Shown here piece after piece: positions 1 to 10,195 of a DNA stretch of 64,000 bases; positions within the stretch are counted from its first letter, which is position 1, and every line of letters starts with the position of its first letter. The stretch is taken from assembly GCA_965218295.1 (NCBI GenBank), contig CBDCKN010000015.1:1-64000 (forward strand), in the 5' to 3' direction. A program made the position numbers and the translations under genes. Below the pieces are notes generated by a model, which was not told where the DNA came from, did not search any database, and worked only from the letters and a program-made list of their open reading frames with translations. The stretch is from Longimicrobiales bacterium. Lineage in GTDB: Bacteria > Gemmatimonadota > Gemmatimonadetes > Longimicrobiales > Gaopeijiaceae.

Positions 1-333
1 TCGTGGGGCGGGCAGGCGATGAGTGGTGCCGACGCGCTCTGGGGCCGCGATACGATGGCGGGGCTCGGGGCAGCAGGCCCGGGATCGGGCAACCGCCTCG
101 ATGGCGAGCTCGGCTACGCGCTGCCGGTCGGGAGCCGGCTCGTGGGGACGCCGAGGTTCGGCGTCACAACCTCAGAGTACGGGCGCGACTACCGGCTGGG
201 CTACAAACTGACCCTGTTGCAGGCCGGCGCCATGAACTTCGAGTTCGGCCTCGACGCCCAACGCCGCCAGAGCTTGCTGGGCCAGGGAGACCCGGAGCAC
301 AGCCTGCACGGCCGCGTCACCGCGCGCTGGTAG
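1..333 (+). CDS. C-terminal end of a large autotransporter-like / outer-membrane beta-barrel protein (5'-partial)
   Basis: Frame is open from position 1. Amphipathic beta-strand pattern (RLDGELGYAL, RDYRLGYKL, NFEFGLDAQRR) and a terminal aromatic residue (VTARW), typical of OM barrel C-termini. Confidence 0.65.
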   Translation, partial: SWGGQAMSGADALWGRDTMAGLGAAGPGSGNRLDGELGYALPVGSRLVGTPRFGVTTSEYGRDYRLGYKLTLLQAGAMNFEFGLDAQRRQSLLGQGDPEHSLHGRVTARW

Positions 334-636
334 ACGCCGACGGACCGGCAATCTGAAATGCGGTGCGGCCGAACCTCAGTCGCCAGCACGGCCGGGTACC
401 GGTGCTTCATGATGTCGGATGCGTTGCAAGCCTGTGTCGAGGCCGAAGAGACGCGCCAAAGTCGCTTACAAAAACCGCGGCGCGAGGCTCGCCGTACCCA
501 CACCACAACCCGTCTGCTGGCCGCGCTCGCGGGTCGGCTTGAGCAGCACCCTCCGAGGCGAGATCGGGTCGTGCTCGGCCGGACACCGCCGTCGGGGTGC
601 GGGTCTTCGCAGGCCGTGTCCCGACCGGCAGGCGCC

Positions 637-909
637 ATGGAGACACTGACGAAGCCGTTCCGATCGCGAGTGGCTGCGTCGCTCGACCGCACGGGCATGA
701 GAACATCCACGCTCGGTCGGCAAGCGGTGGGCGATCCGATCCCGGTGCGTCAGCTACGCCGTGGCCGCTCTCCAAGGCTGGCGATGGCCTGCCAGGTCCC
801 CGTGTTCATCGAAGCCTGCCGCCGGGCCCAAGTGGCCCCTGTTCCCTCCCGGGGCAACGCGCCCCGGAATTTTTCACCGAACAGAACGGAGGCAGACCGA
901 TGTCAATAG
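637..909 (+). CDS. Small Cro/XRE-like HTH protein, probably degenerate
   Basis: ATG at 637: METLTKPFRSRVAASLDRTGMRTSTLGRQAVGDP..RQLRRGRSPRL resembles small phage/island Cro-like regulators. It overlaps the AlpA start. Confidence 0.45.
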   Translation: METLTKPFRSRVAASLDRTGMRTSTLGRQAVGDPIPVRQLRRGRSPRLAMACQVPVFIEACRRAQVAPVPSRGNAPRNFSPNRTEADRCQ

Positions 910-1127
910 CAATGGAACAGGGCATGGACGCGCCCGCGCGCGTCCTGCGGTTACCTCGAGTGCAGGCCCGCACCGGGCTGGCGCGGAGCACGATCTACGT
1001 GCGGGTGGCCGACGGGAGCTTTCCCCAACCGATCCGGCTAGGCGCGCGCGCCGTCGGCTGGATCGAGTCCGAAGTGGATGCGTGGATCCGAGAACAGATC
1101 GCCGCAAGCCGTGGCAGTGCCGAGTGA
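900..1127 (+). CDS. AlpA-family phage/island regulator (excisionase-like)
   Basis: VLRLPRVQARTGLARSTIY...GSFPQPIRLGARAVGWIESEVDAWI is the canonical AlpA motif. GGAGG RBS upstream of ATG 900. Confidence 0.93.
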   Translation: MSIAMEQGMDAPARVLRLPRVQARTGLARSTIYVRVADGSFPQPIRLGARAVGWIESEVDAWIREQIAASRGSAE

Positions 1128-1261
1128 TCTGAGACGGAAATCATCTGACAGTTCGCCATGAGAGAGGACAGGGGCCATCGATAAACTGCCCTCCCGCAAG
1201 GTTCGCTCCTTCGCCTCCTCCGGGAACCTCCGTTACGGTCCACTGGATTCCCGTTCAGAAA

Positions 1262-1340
1262 GAGGGGTGTAATGAGGGGACAATAGATAGGTGTATAGTG
1301 GTAAGTAGAATAATGGCAAGGACTTACAACAATATCACTA
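1262..1340. mobile_element. Putative attachment-site arm of an integrative element
   Basis: AT-rich tract in a GC-rich background with direct repeats GAGGGGTGTAAT/GAGGGGACAAT and inverted TAAGT...ACTTA, directly downstream of alpA. Confidence 0.45.
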
Positions 1341-2289
1341 CAGACCGGGCATCAGCAGCCCCGCCCGACCCCCGCCCGGGCCTTAAGCGAGAAGGAACGA
1401 GACAAGGTCTTCGACACGCTGTGTTCGGAGCGGTTCGTGGACCGGTCCCCAGCCGAGGTGGTGGCGACGCTGCTCGACGAGGACGTCTACCTGTGCAGCG
1501 AGCGTACGATGTATCGCGTTCTGGCTTCCCAGGTGCCGGTTCAGGAGCGTCGAGCGCAGCGGAGTCATCCCAAATACCAGAAACCCGAGTTGATGGCGAG
1601 GGGCCCGAACCAGGTCTGGTCCTGGGATATCACCCGGCTGCTGGGGCCGAAGAAGTGGAGTTACTTCTACCTCTACGTGATCCTGGACATCTTCAGCCGC
1701 TACGTCGTGGGATGGATGGTGGCGGATCGGGAGAACTCTGCCCTGGCCAGCCGGCTGATCCAGCAGAGTTGCTTGAAGCATGGCGTCCAGCCCCACCTCC
1801 TGACCCTGCATTCCGATCGAGGGGCTCCGATGACGAGCCAATGCACGGCTCAACTACTCGCCGATCTCGGCGTGACCCGCTCGTTGGGCCGACCCCAGGT
1901 CTCGGATGACAATCCGTTCTCCGAGGCTCAGTTCAAGACCTTGAAGTACCATCCCTCGTTTCCCGGCCGGTTCGGGGATCAGGGGCAAGCCAAGACCTTC
2001 TGTCGCTCGTTCTTCCGTTGGTATAATGCCGAGCACCGCCATGGCGGCATCTCGATGCTGACCCCCGAACAGGTCCACTTCGGTCACGCCGATCGGATCA
2101 TCGCCTGCAGGAAGGCCGTGCTCCGTGAGGCATGGGCCGCTCATCCCGAGCGCTTCGTCTCCGGTGAGCCGAAGCCTAAACCACTCCCGGAGGCCGTCTG
2201 GATCAATCCTCCCACCCCATCCCTCACTACACAGGAGATTGCTCTCTAATTGATTTCCAAGAGTGTCTCACTGGCGTTGACAGGTTCCG
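1341..2289 (+). mobile_element. 5'-truncated IS3-family insertion sequence
   Basis: The transposase frame is open from ~1341 with no orfA or left end. The right end TGTCTCACTGGCGTTGACAGGTTCCG follows the stop. Confidence 0.75.
1437..2249 (+). pseudogene. IS3-type DDE transposase (rve integrase core), N-terminally truncated
   Basis: PNQVWSWDIT, LHSDRG and DNPFSEAQFKTLKY DDE motifs; WYNAEHRH; N-terminal DNA-binding part absent. Confidence 0.88.
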
Positions 2290-2369
2290 GGGAGACTTCC
2301 CTGATACGCCCGGTATTACTATTTTTTTAGCTCTTAGCTTGGAAGTCTTACCAGAGGAGAGACCCTCTT

Positions 2370-2564
2370 TTGGAAGTAACCATTCAGGACAACGAGAGCC
2401 TCGAGCGAGCGCTCCGTCGGTTTAAGCGTAAAGTGCAGCGATCGGGGCTCTACTCGGAACTCCGGAAGCGCCGCTTCTATGAGAAGCCGAGCGCCCAGCG
2501 GAAGCGGAAGCGCGAGGCCGCCATACGCCGGGAGCGCAGGCGTCAGAGGCGCGGCCGGCGGTAG
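2370..2564 (+). CDS. rpsU: 30S ribosomal protein S21
   Basis: [14 protein letters not shown]...FYEKPS motif; TTG start with AGGAG RBS. Confidence 0.97.
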   Translation: MEVTIQDNESLERALRRFKRKVQRSGLYSELRKRRFYEKPSAQRKRKREAAIRRERRRQRRGRR

Positions 2565-2605
2565 GCACCGACCCCCAGGTCTGTTCTCGGGTCAGCATAG
2601 CCTGC

Positions 2606-2639
2606 AAAAAAACGGCGACCCCCTCGGGTCACCGTTTTT
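2606..2639. terminator. Bidirectional intrinsic terminator
   Basis: A7-CGGCGACCC-loop-GGGTCACCG-T5 between convergent genes. Confidence 0.85.
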
Positions 2640-2661
2640 CTCGTACTGAAAACCACCCGAT

Positions 2662-3452
2662 CTAAGCAGCCCGCACGAAAAGAGGACCCAGCGCATCCCA
2701 ACGCCTGAGATGCTCTGGCATCAGGAGCTCACGACTGATCCGCGTCAGGACGTGCAGATGCCCCTCCACCGTCGACGCCTCCGACAGCGTGAGCCCCGTG
2801 AGGGAGCGGAACGCGCGGTAGAGATTCCCGTTGCTCGAGTACCCCAAGTGGAGCGCCACCCTGGCCGTCGTCATGCCGTGCCGGGTGAGAAGCTTGCTGG
2901 CACAGAGCGCCCGCAGCCGGGTGGTGTACGCGAATGGCGACGGCAAATCCTGGCGTCGGAATCGGGCCTTGAGCGCCCCAGGCGTGAGCCCCACCGCTTC
3001 GGCTACTTCGTCTAGGCGTGCGTACCTGGATGGGAACTCCAAAGTCCTGCGCCCCAGCGCGCCGAGTTCGAGCGGAAGAGGATGTCCCGCTGCACGGCTC
3101 AAATCTCGGAGAAGCCCCTCCACCCAATCCAAGGGGAGCGCCGCTTCGTTGATCAACTGGCGCATCCTGGCCGGGCCGTGTCGATGCGCTGAATCGCTAT
3201 CGCCGACGCCGAGCGCCGGAGCCCGGGCAAGCCCAAGGGCACCAACTCCAGCACGGGAAGATCGGAGCCCCTGGCCTTGATGGCTCGCTCTACCACCCCG
3301 TCCGCACCCCGCTCAATGACTGACACCCTCGGGAAGCCCAACTCGAGAGCAGCCAGGACATCTTCGACCTCACAGAGGACGTCTTCGGCGGGCAAAGCGG
3401 CCCGCCGAACCGAGTGGAGCAGAAACGAGTCCCTAATCGCGGCGAGGATCAT
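2662..3452 (-). pseudogene. AraC-family transcriptional regulator, frameshifted
   Basis: AraC HTH in 2662-3165 (VALHLGYSSNGNLYRAFRSLTG); N-terminal part in 3153-3452. Removing one copy of tandem GGCCG (3169-3178) fuses them in frame (DTARMRQL). Confidence 0.75.
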
Positions 3453-3612
3453 TCATAAAAACTGTACCACCTCAGAAGGCCCGGCAAGCTTGAGGACGAG
3501 TGCATCGCGTGCCTGTTCGCTCGAAAGTGGGTCCTCACCCAGGGTGGAAGGGGCCCTCGCCCCAAAAGTGGAGGGGCCGATACCCCACGGAAGGCCGGCG
3601 CCCAGCGACCTC

Positions 3613-4491
3613 TCAGATGGGAAGAGGAGTCGGTTGCTCTCCCGACCAGTCGTAGAATCCCTGACCCGTCTTCTTCCCGTATCGCCCCATCGCCGCGATC
3701 CGCTTCAGCAGCGGCGGTGGGGCGTAGCGCTCCTCTCGATACTCGTCGAACATGATCTCCGAGATGCGATAGAGGGTGTCGATCCCCACGAAATCACAGA
3801 GTACGAATGGTCCCATGGGATATCCCAGGCCGAGCGTCATCGCCTTGTCCATGTCCTCGACGCTGGCGACGCCGCGCTCGAGCTGCCTGATGGCATCAAG
3901 CATGTAGGGCACGAGGAGAAGATTCACCACGAAGCCCGAGTTGTCCTTCGCCGCGATGGGCTCCTTCCCGAGGGCTGCGGCGAAGGCGAAAGCGGCGTCG
4001 AAGGCGTCGTCACTCGTGGCGATGGTGCGCACGACCTCCACGAGCTTCATGACCGGCACCGGGTTGAAGAAGTGAAGGCCCACCACCTTGTCGGGCCGGC
4101 TCGTGCCGGCCGCCATATCCGTGATCGGCAGTGAAGAGGTGTTCGAAGCGAAGATCGTATCGGCCCCGCAGAGCTCGTCGAGGGCCGAGAAGAGCTCGTT
4201 CTTGGCATCCAGGTCTTCCACGATGGCTTCCACCACGAGATCACGATCGGCAAGGTCGGCCAGATCGGTCGTAAAGCGGATGCGGCTCCAGGCCGCATTG
4301 CGGTCGGCGGCTTCGAGCTTCCCCTTGTCCACGGCCCGGTCCAGCGACTTCTTGATCGTCCCCTGGCCCGCCTCCAAGAACTCGTCGTTGACCTCGCGAA
4401 CGACGACGTCGAAGCCCGCCTTGGCGGCCACCTCGGCGATCCCGCTCCCCATGAGACCACACCCGGCCACGCCTACCTTTTCTATCTTCAC
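3613..4491 (-). CDS. 3-hydroxybutyryl-CoA / 3-hydroxyacyl-CoA dehydrogenase
   Basis: GCGLMGSGIA Rossmann motif, ASNTSSL, GLHFFNP, DNSGFVVN, GYPMGP; GTG start with GGAGG RBS. Confidence 0.95.
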   Translation of the reverse strand: MKIEKVGVAGCGLMGSGIAEVAAKAGFDVVVREVNDEFLEAGQGTIKKSLDRAVDKGKLEAADRNAAWSRIRFTTDLADLADRDLVVEAIVEDLDAKNELFSALDELCGADTIFASNTSSLPITDMAAGTSRPDKVVGLHFFNPVPVMKLVEVVRTIATSDDAFDAAFAFAAALGKEPIAAKDNSGFVVNLLLVPYMLDAIRQLERGVASVEDMDKAMTLGLGYPMGPFVLCDFVGIDTLYRISEIMFDEYREERYAPPPLLKRIAAMGRYGKKTGQGFYDWSGEQPTPLPI

Positions 4492-4572
4492 TCGTCCTCC
4501 AGATATCGGGTGCCCCGCGTCGGCTACTGGGTCGCCGTCCGACGGTCGCCGAACTCGGGGCACTCGTTCGCG

Positions 4573-5429
4573 CTATAGATCTACCTCATCCCCCGACAGG
4601 TCGAGCTTGAACCTCCTGGCTTGACGCGTCACCCACCTCCGCCACGACGCAGGGGGTGGTGACAGGTCCTCGCCCCGCTCCAAGCGATCGAGGATCCCTT
4701 CCAACTCCTGCTGGACTTCCCCTCTGCGCTTCCGCGAGTAGTGACCTATGATACGCACCACTCCGAGCGCCACCGCCCCACCCACGGCGATCCCGACAGA
4801 CCATGCGGCAGCCGCGGGAACCACGAAGACCGATCCCAGGAGAGCCGCCACACCGAAGGTCATTCCCCCACCCGCTCCCAGCCCGCCCATGACCGCGCCG
4901 GACGTGTAGTCGCCTCGGACGCCCGGATCCACGTCAATCTGCACCAACGTAGAGCCGTCGTCGACCTCATCGAGGCGCACCTCGATCTCCTTGGCAGAAG
5001 CCCAGTAGACCGTCTGCGACATGGAGGCGCCGGCGCGGGCGAAGTTCAAGATCCAGTCTACGGCAGGCCGGTAGAGGAGAACATCGGACCCCTGCCGGAC
5101 CGACTGGAGCAGGTGTCCGGCCACGAGGAACTCGTCGATGATGAGCCGAAGGCGCTCTTTGTCACCGGGCACGACGCGCGAAACCCTCACGGTGGCGGAC
5201 CCGAACCAGCGGGCGATCACGCCTTGGGGATCCTCGGCAGTCCGGATCTCCGTGAGCGCCCGCCGCACGTGGGCATCGGGCAGTCCCACCTCATGAGCGA
5301 TTCGGAACAGCTCCGCCTCGTCGAGAGCGCCCTCACCCCCATCCGGATCCGAAGTGGCGAGCTCCGATGCACGCTTGATCACGGCCTCGACTCCCGTCGC
5401 GTCAGGCTCCTGCCCTTCGCCTCGTCCAT
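4573..5429 (-). pseudogene. Membrane protein of unknown function with a probable -1 frameshift near the 5' end
   Basis: Main ORF 4573-5382 has two C-terminal TM helices. Upstream ATG 5429 (MDEAKGRSLTRRE) joins in frame (EFEAVIKRASEL) if one base is restored at ~5390. Confidence 0.6.
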
Positions 5430-5497
5430 GGTCACCCCGAGCCCACGGTCGCGTCGAGTCCGCCCACGCGCCGTACCCCGTCCATGCCCGCGGTACC

Positions 5498-6703
5498 CTA
5501 CGGGATCTCGACGATCACGGCCCCGCCCTGCCCACCCCCGATGCACGCGGACCCGAGACCGTAGCGGTCTCCCCGCCGGCGCAGCTCATGGAGAACGTGA
5601 ATCGTGATGCGGGCCCCGGACACGGCCAACGGGTGGGTGATGGCGATGGCCCCGCCATTCACGTTGGTTTTCTCGGGATCCAGGCCGAGCTCCTTCTCCA
5701 CGGACTTGTACTGCGGGGCGAAAGCCTCGTTGACCTCCACGATGTCCATGTCCTCGAGGGTCAGGCCCGCCTTCTCCAGCGCCAAACGGGCCGCCGGCGC
5801 CGGGCCAATGCCCATCACGCGGGGCTCCACCCCCACGAAGCCCCAGGACACGATGCGCCCCAGCGGCTCAACGCCATTCTGCTCGGCCCAATCGGCCGAC
5901 GCCACCACAGCGCTGGCCGACCCGTCACCGATGCCGCTGGCATTCCCCGCCGTCACGAGCCCGTCTTCCTTGAAGTACGGGCGGAGTGCACCCAGACCCT
6001 CCACCGTGGTGTCCGGCCGCATGTGCTCGTCGTATGCGAACTCGGTCTCGCCCTTCCGGGACTTGATCGTGACGGGCACGATCTCCGCTTCGAAGCGACC
6101 CTCGTCCCAAGCGGCCTTGGCCCGCTGCTGGCTGTTGAAGGCGACCTGGTCCACTTCTTCACGGGTGACGTCGTACCGCTCCGCCAGCTCCTCCGCCGTC
6201 TGGGCCATGGTCAGATCGCAGTTCGTGTCCAGGAGCGACTCCCAGAGCAGATCCTCGAGGGCGTCGTCGGCGGGTCCGAGCCGAAGGTTGCCCCAACGGG
6301 CTCCCCGCAGAACGTGCGGCGCCTGGCTCATGGACTCGGTGCCCCCGCAGAGTGTCACGTCGGCGCCACCCAGCAGGATCTCCTTGGCACCCTGGACGAT
6401 GGCCTCGAAGCCGGAGCCGCATAGCCGGTTGACCGTGACGGCCGGCTTCTCCTGGGGGACGCCTGAGCGGAGGGCGACGTGGCGCGAAAGGTAGATGGCG
6501 TCCGCCGAGGTCTGCAGCGCGTTGCCAAAGAAAGTGTGGTCGACCTGATCAGCCGTGATGCCCGCCGCCTCGATGGCGGCCTTGCTCGAGAACACACCCA
6601 GATCGGTGGCAGTGAAGCCCTTCAGGCTTCCCCCGAAAGTCCCGAAGGCGGTCCTCTTTCCCGAAAGGATCACGATGTCCTTTGACTGCCCCTGCGTTCC
6701 CAT
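5498..6703 (-). CDS. Acetyl-CoA C-acyltransferase (thiolase)
   Basis: NRLCGSG catalytic Cys, NEAFA, NVNGGAIAITHP, CIGGGQG. Confidence 0.96.
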   Translation of the reverse strand: MGTQGQSKDIVILSGKRTAFGTFGGSLKGFTATDLGVFSSKAAIEAAGITADQVDHTFFGNALQTSADAIYLSRHVALRSGVPQEKPAVTVNRLCGSGFEAIVQGAKEILLGGADVTLCGGTESMSQAPHVLRGARWGNLRLGPADDALEDLLWESLLDTNCDLTMAQTAEELAERYDVTREEVDQVAFNSQQRAKAAWDEGRFEAEIVPVTIKSRKGETEFAYDEHMRPDTTVEGLGALRPYFKEDGLVTAGNASGIGDGSASAVVASADWAEQNGVEPLGRIVSWGFVGVEPRVMGIGPAPAARLALEKAGLTLEDMDIVEVNEAFAPQYKSVEKELGLDPEKTNVNGGAIAITHPLAVSGARITIHVLHELRRRGDRYGLGSACIGGGQGGAVIVEIP

Positions 6704-6809
6704 TAGCCCTCATAGGTCAGATGACTGTGGTCAAACAACGGCGCTCGGAACGGACGCACCGCTGGCCCTGGGCTACCCCCACCGTGCAGGAACGGTTCGT
6801 GATTACCGG

Positions 6810-7019
6810 TAGGAGCCTGTCCGAGTAATGGGGCGAGCCGCGTTAGGAGCGCCGACAAGCGCTAGCGCGCTTGTTACCGGCCAGACCCTAGGCGGCGCCC
6901 CGAAGGCATAGCCATAGCTACGTCGAGGGGCGCCAAGAACGGAGATGGCCCCGTACCGCCCTAACCCGAAGGGCATAGGGGGTTACGCGGCCGCACCCCA
7001 TTATTCGGACAGGCTCCTA
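6810..7019. mobile_element. MITE (~206 bp) with terminal inverted repeats and TA target duplication
   Basis: TAGGAGCCTGTCCGAGTAATGGGG (6810-6833) vs CCCCATTATTCGGACAGGCTCCTA (6996-7019), 23/24 complementary. Internal hairpins; no ORF. Confidence 0.85.
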
Positions 7020-8097
7020 GACGAACTCCTCTTCGGGCTCCTCCTGCAGGTACTGCTTGAAGGCGTCTTTGTGGCTGGCCTTCATATAGGCCTCGGTGGG
7101 ATCGATGACGCCCGACATCAGGAACTCGAGGATGTGCTGGTCCATGAGCTGCATGCCGTCCTTCTTCCCGGTCTGGATCATGGACGGAATCTGGTGGATC
7201 TTGCCTTCCCGGATCAGCGCTCGGACCGCGTTGGTTCCGACCATGATCTCCCAGGCGGCACAACGGCCCTTCCCGTCCTTCTTGCGCAGGAGGACCTGGG
7301 CGATCACCCCCTTGATGGACTCGGCTAGCATCGACCGGATCTGATCCTGCTGGTCCGCCGGGAAGACGTCGATGATGCGGTCGATCGTCTTGGGCGCCGA
7401 ACTCGTGTGAAGCGTACCGAACACCAGATGGCCCGTCTCGGCGGCCGTGATCCCCAATTCGATGGTCTCCTGGTCACGCATTTCTCCCACGAGGATGACG
7501 TCCGGATCCTCACGGAGTGCCGCCCGGAGCGCATTAGCGAAGCTCTTGGTGTTGGTGCCGACCTCCCGCTGGTTGACCAGACACTTCTTGTTGGGATGCA
7601 CGAACTCGATGGGATCCTCGATGGTGAGGATGTGGTCTGCGCGGCTCTCGTTGATGAGGTCCACCATAGCAGCCAGCGTCGTGCTCTTCCCCGACCCCGT
7701 GGGACCGGTGACGAGCACCAGGCCCTTGGTGAGCATGCACATCTTCCGGACGACGTCGGGCAGCCCCAGTTGGTCGACCGTCAGGATGTCGGTGGGGATG
7801 GTACGCATGACCGCGCCGATCCCGTTCTTCTGATTGAAGACGTTGACCCTGAAACGTGAGAGCCCTGGAATCTCGTAGGCGAAGTCGAAATCCAGATCGT
7901 CGATGAACCGCATCCGCCAGTCCTCTTCCATGATCTCGTAGACGAGCTTCTCCATGTCCTTGGCCGAAAGCTCGCGGAACTTGATCCGCTGCATGTGGCC
8001 GTGGACACGGATGACGGGTACGGAGCCCGTGGTGAGATGGAGGTCCGACCCCCCCCTGGTCCACTATCACCTTGAGAAACTGGTCGATCTGGGCCAT
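7017..8097 (-). pseudogene. pilT: Type IV pilus retraction ATPase PilT, frameshifted in a G8 tract
   Basis: VTGPTGSGKSTT, TIEDPIE, LREDPD, GEMRD, GTLHT motifs. N-terminus MAQIDQFLKVIVDQGG reads on to SDLHL only with G7 rather than G8 at 8049-8056. Confidence 0.88.
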
Positions 8098-8146
8098 CAG
8101 GTGTCCTCGCCGTTCGTATTCTCAATGATACCGTACCTGCCCGTGG

Positions 8147-9416
8147 TCAGCCGTGGAGTGGGTCCAAGCTCCACTCCAGACGGTTCCCCTCCTGAGCCTC
8201 GATCTTCAACTCCCATCGGATACCGGCCTCGTGCGCGATGCGGCTCTCCGCATCACCCGTCCAGCGCACGAACGCGATGGCGGCGATGTCCAGCGCCGAC
8301 TGCAGCCACTTCTCCGGATGTCCCGGAAGGTCCACCGTGACCACGTCGAAATGGAATCCACGAATGGAGTCCAGCTCGGCCGCCCAGTCGTCCTCGCTCA
8401 TGGGAAGCTCAACCGAGAAAGCATGGCTCGCGGCACGGCTATCTGGGTCCGTGAGGTAGATGCTCCGCCATGAAGTGTCGAGCATTAGCGTGGGCAGGTG
8501 AGGGAGGATGTCGTGTGTCGTGGCCGAGCTCCGCCGGGTTCGTGACGACCAAGAATCGGGCCGATCCCGACCGCGCAAGGAGCCGAATCTCGGACAGGAT
8601 CCCCGCAGACGGCGGAGGAAACTGGTCCTGTAGCTGAGAGTACGCGTCGACAGGGCGGAATAGATACTCGGCACCGCTCTCGTCGGCCAAGTACTGGACC
8701 TCGATGGGAGTGACCATGCCATCGCGGTTTACGTGACCGCTCCAGGAAGCCCTCCGCACATCGCCGACCTCCTCGTCCGGCGAGGGTGAGATGAGCTCCT
8801 GGAGCTCGGAGTTCCAGAGGCCTTCCAGAGGTCGACGACGAATGCGGCCCCTGTCGTCGTACCAGGCCCAGGCCCGAGGACCGCGGGTCGAGATGCCGAA
8901 CCGCTTCGACGCCGCATCCAACGCCAGCGAGAACACCTCCTTGATACTAGCGGGGGCGGGACGCTCTTCCTCCTCGTGGGCGGCGGCTCGAGCATACACC
9001 TGCCGGATCAACTCACGGATGTTCGTCGAGGAAGACAGGGCCAGCTCGATCGTCAGATCTGTCCGGGCCTCGAGAACGTCTACCGCCTCCGTCTTGATGG
9101 GTGAATCCACTACGACGGTGAGGACACTCTCCGTTCTCATAATGGGAAGCGTGAGATTGGCGAGCGCCCATTCGGGCGACACCAGAGCCGCCGCCTCCGG
9201 GTCGACGCTGTCGGGGTCCGGGAAGATGTAGGGCAGATCGAACTGGGACGCGAGTCCCCACTCGAGCTCCTCCGGGGTCACGAGCGCGAGGGCCAGAAGC
9301 GACTCGCCGAAGAATCCCCCAGTCTCGTGCTGGTGCGCCAGCGCCTTCTCCACATCCTCTTCCGTGATGCGGCCGAAGCTCATGAGGATCTGACCGATGG
9401 TACGTCGTTCAGCCAT
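8147..9416 (-). pseudogene. MshEN/GspE-N-terminal domain protein (c-di-GMP receptor-like) without a Walker A ATPase, frameshifted
   Basis: RRTIGQILMSFGRITEEDVEKALAHQ..FGESLLALALVTPEELEWGLASQ matches the MshEN tandem motif. A 7-bp duplication at 8509-8522 splits it into ORFs 8439-9416 and 8147-8722. Confidence 0.75.
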
Positions 9417-9422
9417 CTTAGG

Positions 9423-10191
9423 TCATCCGTTGCTGTGAGATGGCGAGGGCTCGCCCGCCGACAGGACGTCGCAGATCTACCCGCCTACGTCGGCCGTGGA
9501 GCTGCTCCCCCCTAGATCGGGTGTCGTCACGCCTTCGCTGAAGGCCCTCCGGACCGCAGTCTCGACGGTCGCCGACTCCTCGCTCCAACCGAAGTGCTCG
9601 AGAAGCAGGGCGACGCATCGGATCGCGCCCATGGGGTTCACGATGCCTTCCCCCGCTATGTCAGGTGCAGAGCCGTGGACTGGCTCGAAAAAAGCGTGGC
9701 GACCCGGATGCACATTGGCGGAAGGCGCGAGCCCCAAGCCGCCCGTGACCTCCGCGGCCAGGTCGCTGAGAATGTCCCCGAACAGGTTCGAGGTTACGAT
9801 CACCGAGTATTGGTCCGGGCGACGCACGAGATCCATGGCCATTGCGTCCACATACATACAGTCTTGCCGGACGTTGGGATAGCCCTCACCCACCTCGGTG
9901 AAGGGCCGGCGCCACAGCGAGCCCGCCATGGGCATGGCGTTCGCCTTGTCCACCATGGTCACCCGATCGCGCCCGTTGGAGACCGCATGCTCGAAGGCTG
10001 CGCGAGAGGGAGCGAAACTCCTCGTCCGTGATCGTCACCCCGTCCGTGAGGTAGCGCTCGGCCCCGATGTCCTGCTCAGCAAGCTCGAGATCGAGGCCAG
10101 CAACGTCTCGGAGGCACTCCAATACCCGAGTCGCCTCGCGCGTCACCTCGGTGCCGATCCCGTCTCCAGGGATGATGGCGATTCAAGGCAT
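9423..10191 (-). pseudogene. Isocitrate/isopropylmalate/tartrate dehydrogenase family pseudogene
   Basis: MP*IAIIPGDGIGTEV start with TGA at 10183-10185; internal deletion plus frameshift at ~10005; NLFGDILSD and FEPVHGSAPDIAG retained; second nonsense TAG at 9477-9479. Confidence 0.9.
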
Positions 10192-10195
10192 CAGC

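Noticed and set aside
2277..2322. IS-end TTGACA forming a hybrid promoter for rpsU
   Set aside because: The best -10 (TACTAT, 2317-2322) is 34 bp away and there is no -10 at 16-18 bp.
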